A stretch of 64,000 bases of DNA from Eledone cirrhosa. Taxonomy: Eukaryota. The stretch is from the NCBI GenBank assembly GCA_964016885.1, contig OZ024764.1:9300001-9364000 (forward strand). Direction: 5' to 3'. Position numbers and translations under genes: made by a program. The notes under the pieces are model-generated. The model had not been told where the DNA came from. It ran no database searches and was given only the letters and a program-made list of their open reading frames with translations. This document shows positions 63,406 through 64,000 of this stretch, piece after piece; the stretch's first letter is position 1; each line of letters starts with the position of its first letter.

Positions 63406-64000
63406 AAGGGACAGCCCATACTACCAATGCTAACACGGAAGATGGACATTAAACGATGATGATGATGATGATGATGTTGATGACGATATATATATATATA
63501 TATATATTTGTTATCCATTCATCGATGGCTGTTCACACAGTTCTTCTTGTTTTCGACCCCCCTCCCCCCCCATCTCTCCACCCCCTCCCCCTCCTTCACC
63601 CTCTCCATGTAATTCCAACTCTATTAAATGCTGTGAAATCAATACGTTAATGTGTGATTGACAGCGATGCCATTTGTAACAGGCAAAAGATATAACTTTT
63701 CACGTACATACGACAACGAATCTGTCTCTAGTTAGCATTTTCTTTATTATATCTCATTTTGTTACGTTAGATTATATTATATATTAGATTATATTATATA
63801 TTATATTAGATTATATTATATATTATATTAGATTATATTATATATTATATTATATATATATATATCATCATCATCATCATCATCATCATTTTACGTCCAC
63901 TTGCAAGAGTGGGACGGGTCCTATTCAGCACAGCATCTCTCTATTCGTCACGGTCCTTCGTCATCTCTTCAAGAGAGAGAGGTGTGTTAGAGCATTGGCC

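Overview
Repeat-saturated, AT/microsatellite-rich animal genomic DNA. The repeat content ((TA)n tracts, RTE LINEs with (GAT)n tails, tRNA-derived CORE-type and Deu/Nin-type SINEs) suggests a coleoid cephalopod such as Octopus; this is an inference. Two host genes are readable. (1) A complete two-coding-exon ARMT1/DUF89 damage-control phosphatase lies on the minus strand (13194-12254 joined to 3784-2830). Its splice acceptor and start codon are tandemly amplified about 20 times as a 103-bp repeat. (2) The very large first coding exon of a class C GPCR (mGluR/CaSR-like Venus-flytrap domain, 47802-50717) is inflated by polyQ and Asn/Thr/Asp tracts. The rest comprises decayed RTE LINEs (two carry a PHD-like finger), SINEs, a Helitron, TTAA-type DNA elements, minisatellites born inside retroelements and a 6-kb G-rich decamer satellite. 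The most striking unannotated signal is at least eight sequence-distinct families of 100-400 bp elements, usually bordered by (TA)n tracts. They carry type I hammerhead ribozyme cores and are mostly arranged as fold-back palindromes, in several cases with a ribozyme core on each strand. They resemble Penelope-like pseudo-LTRs. All structures were read by eye; no folding or database searches were run.
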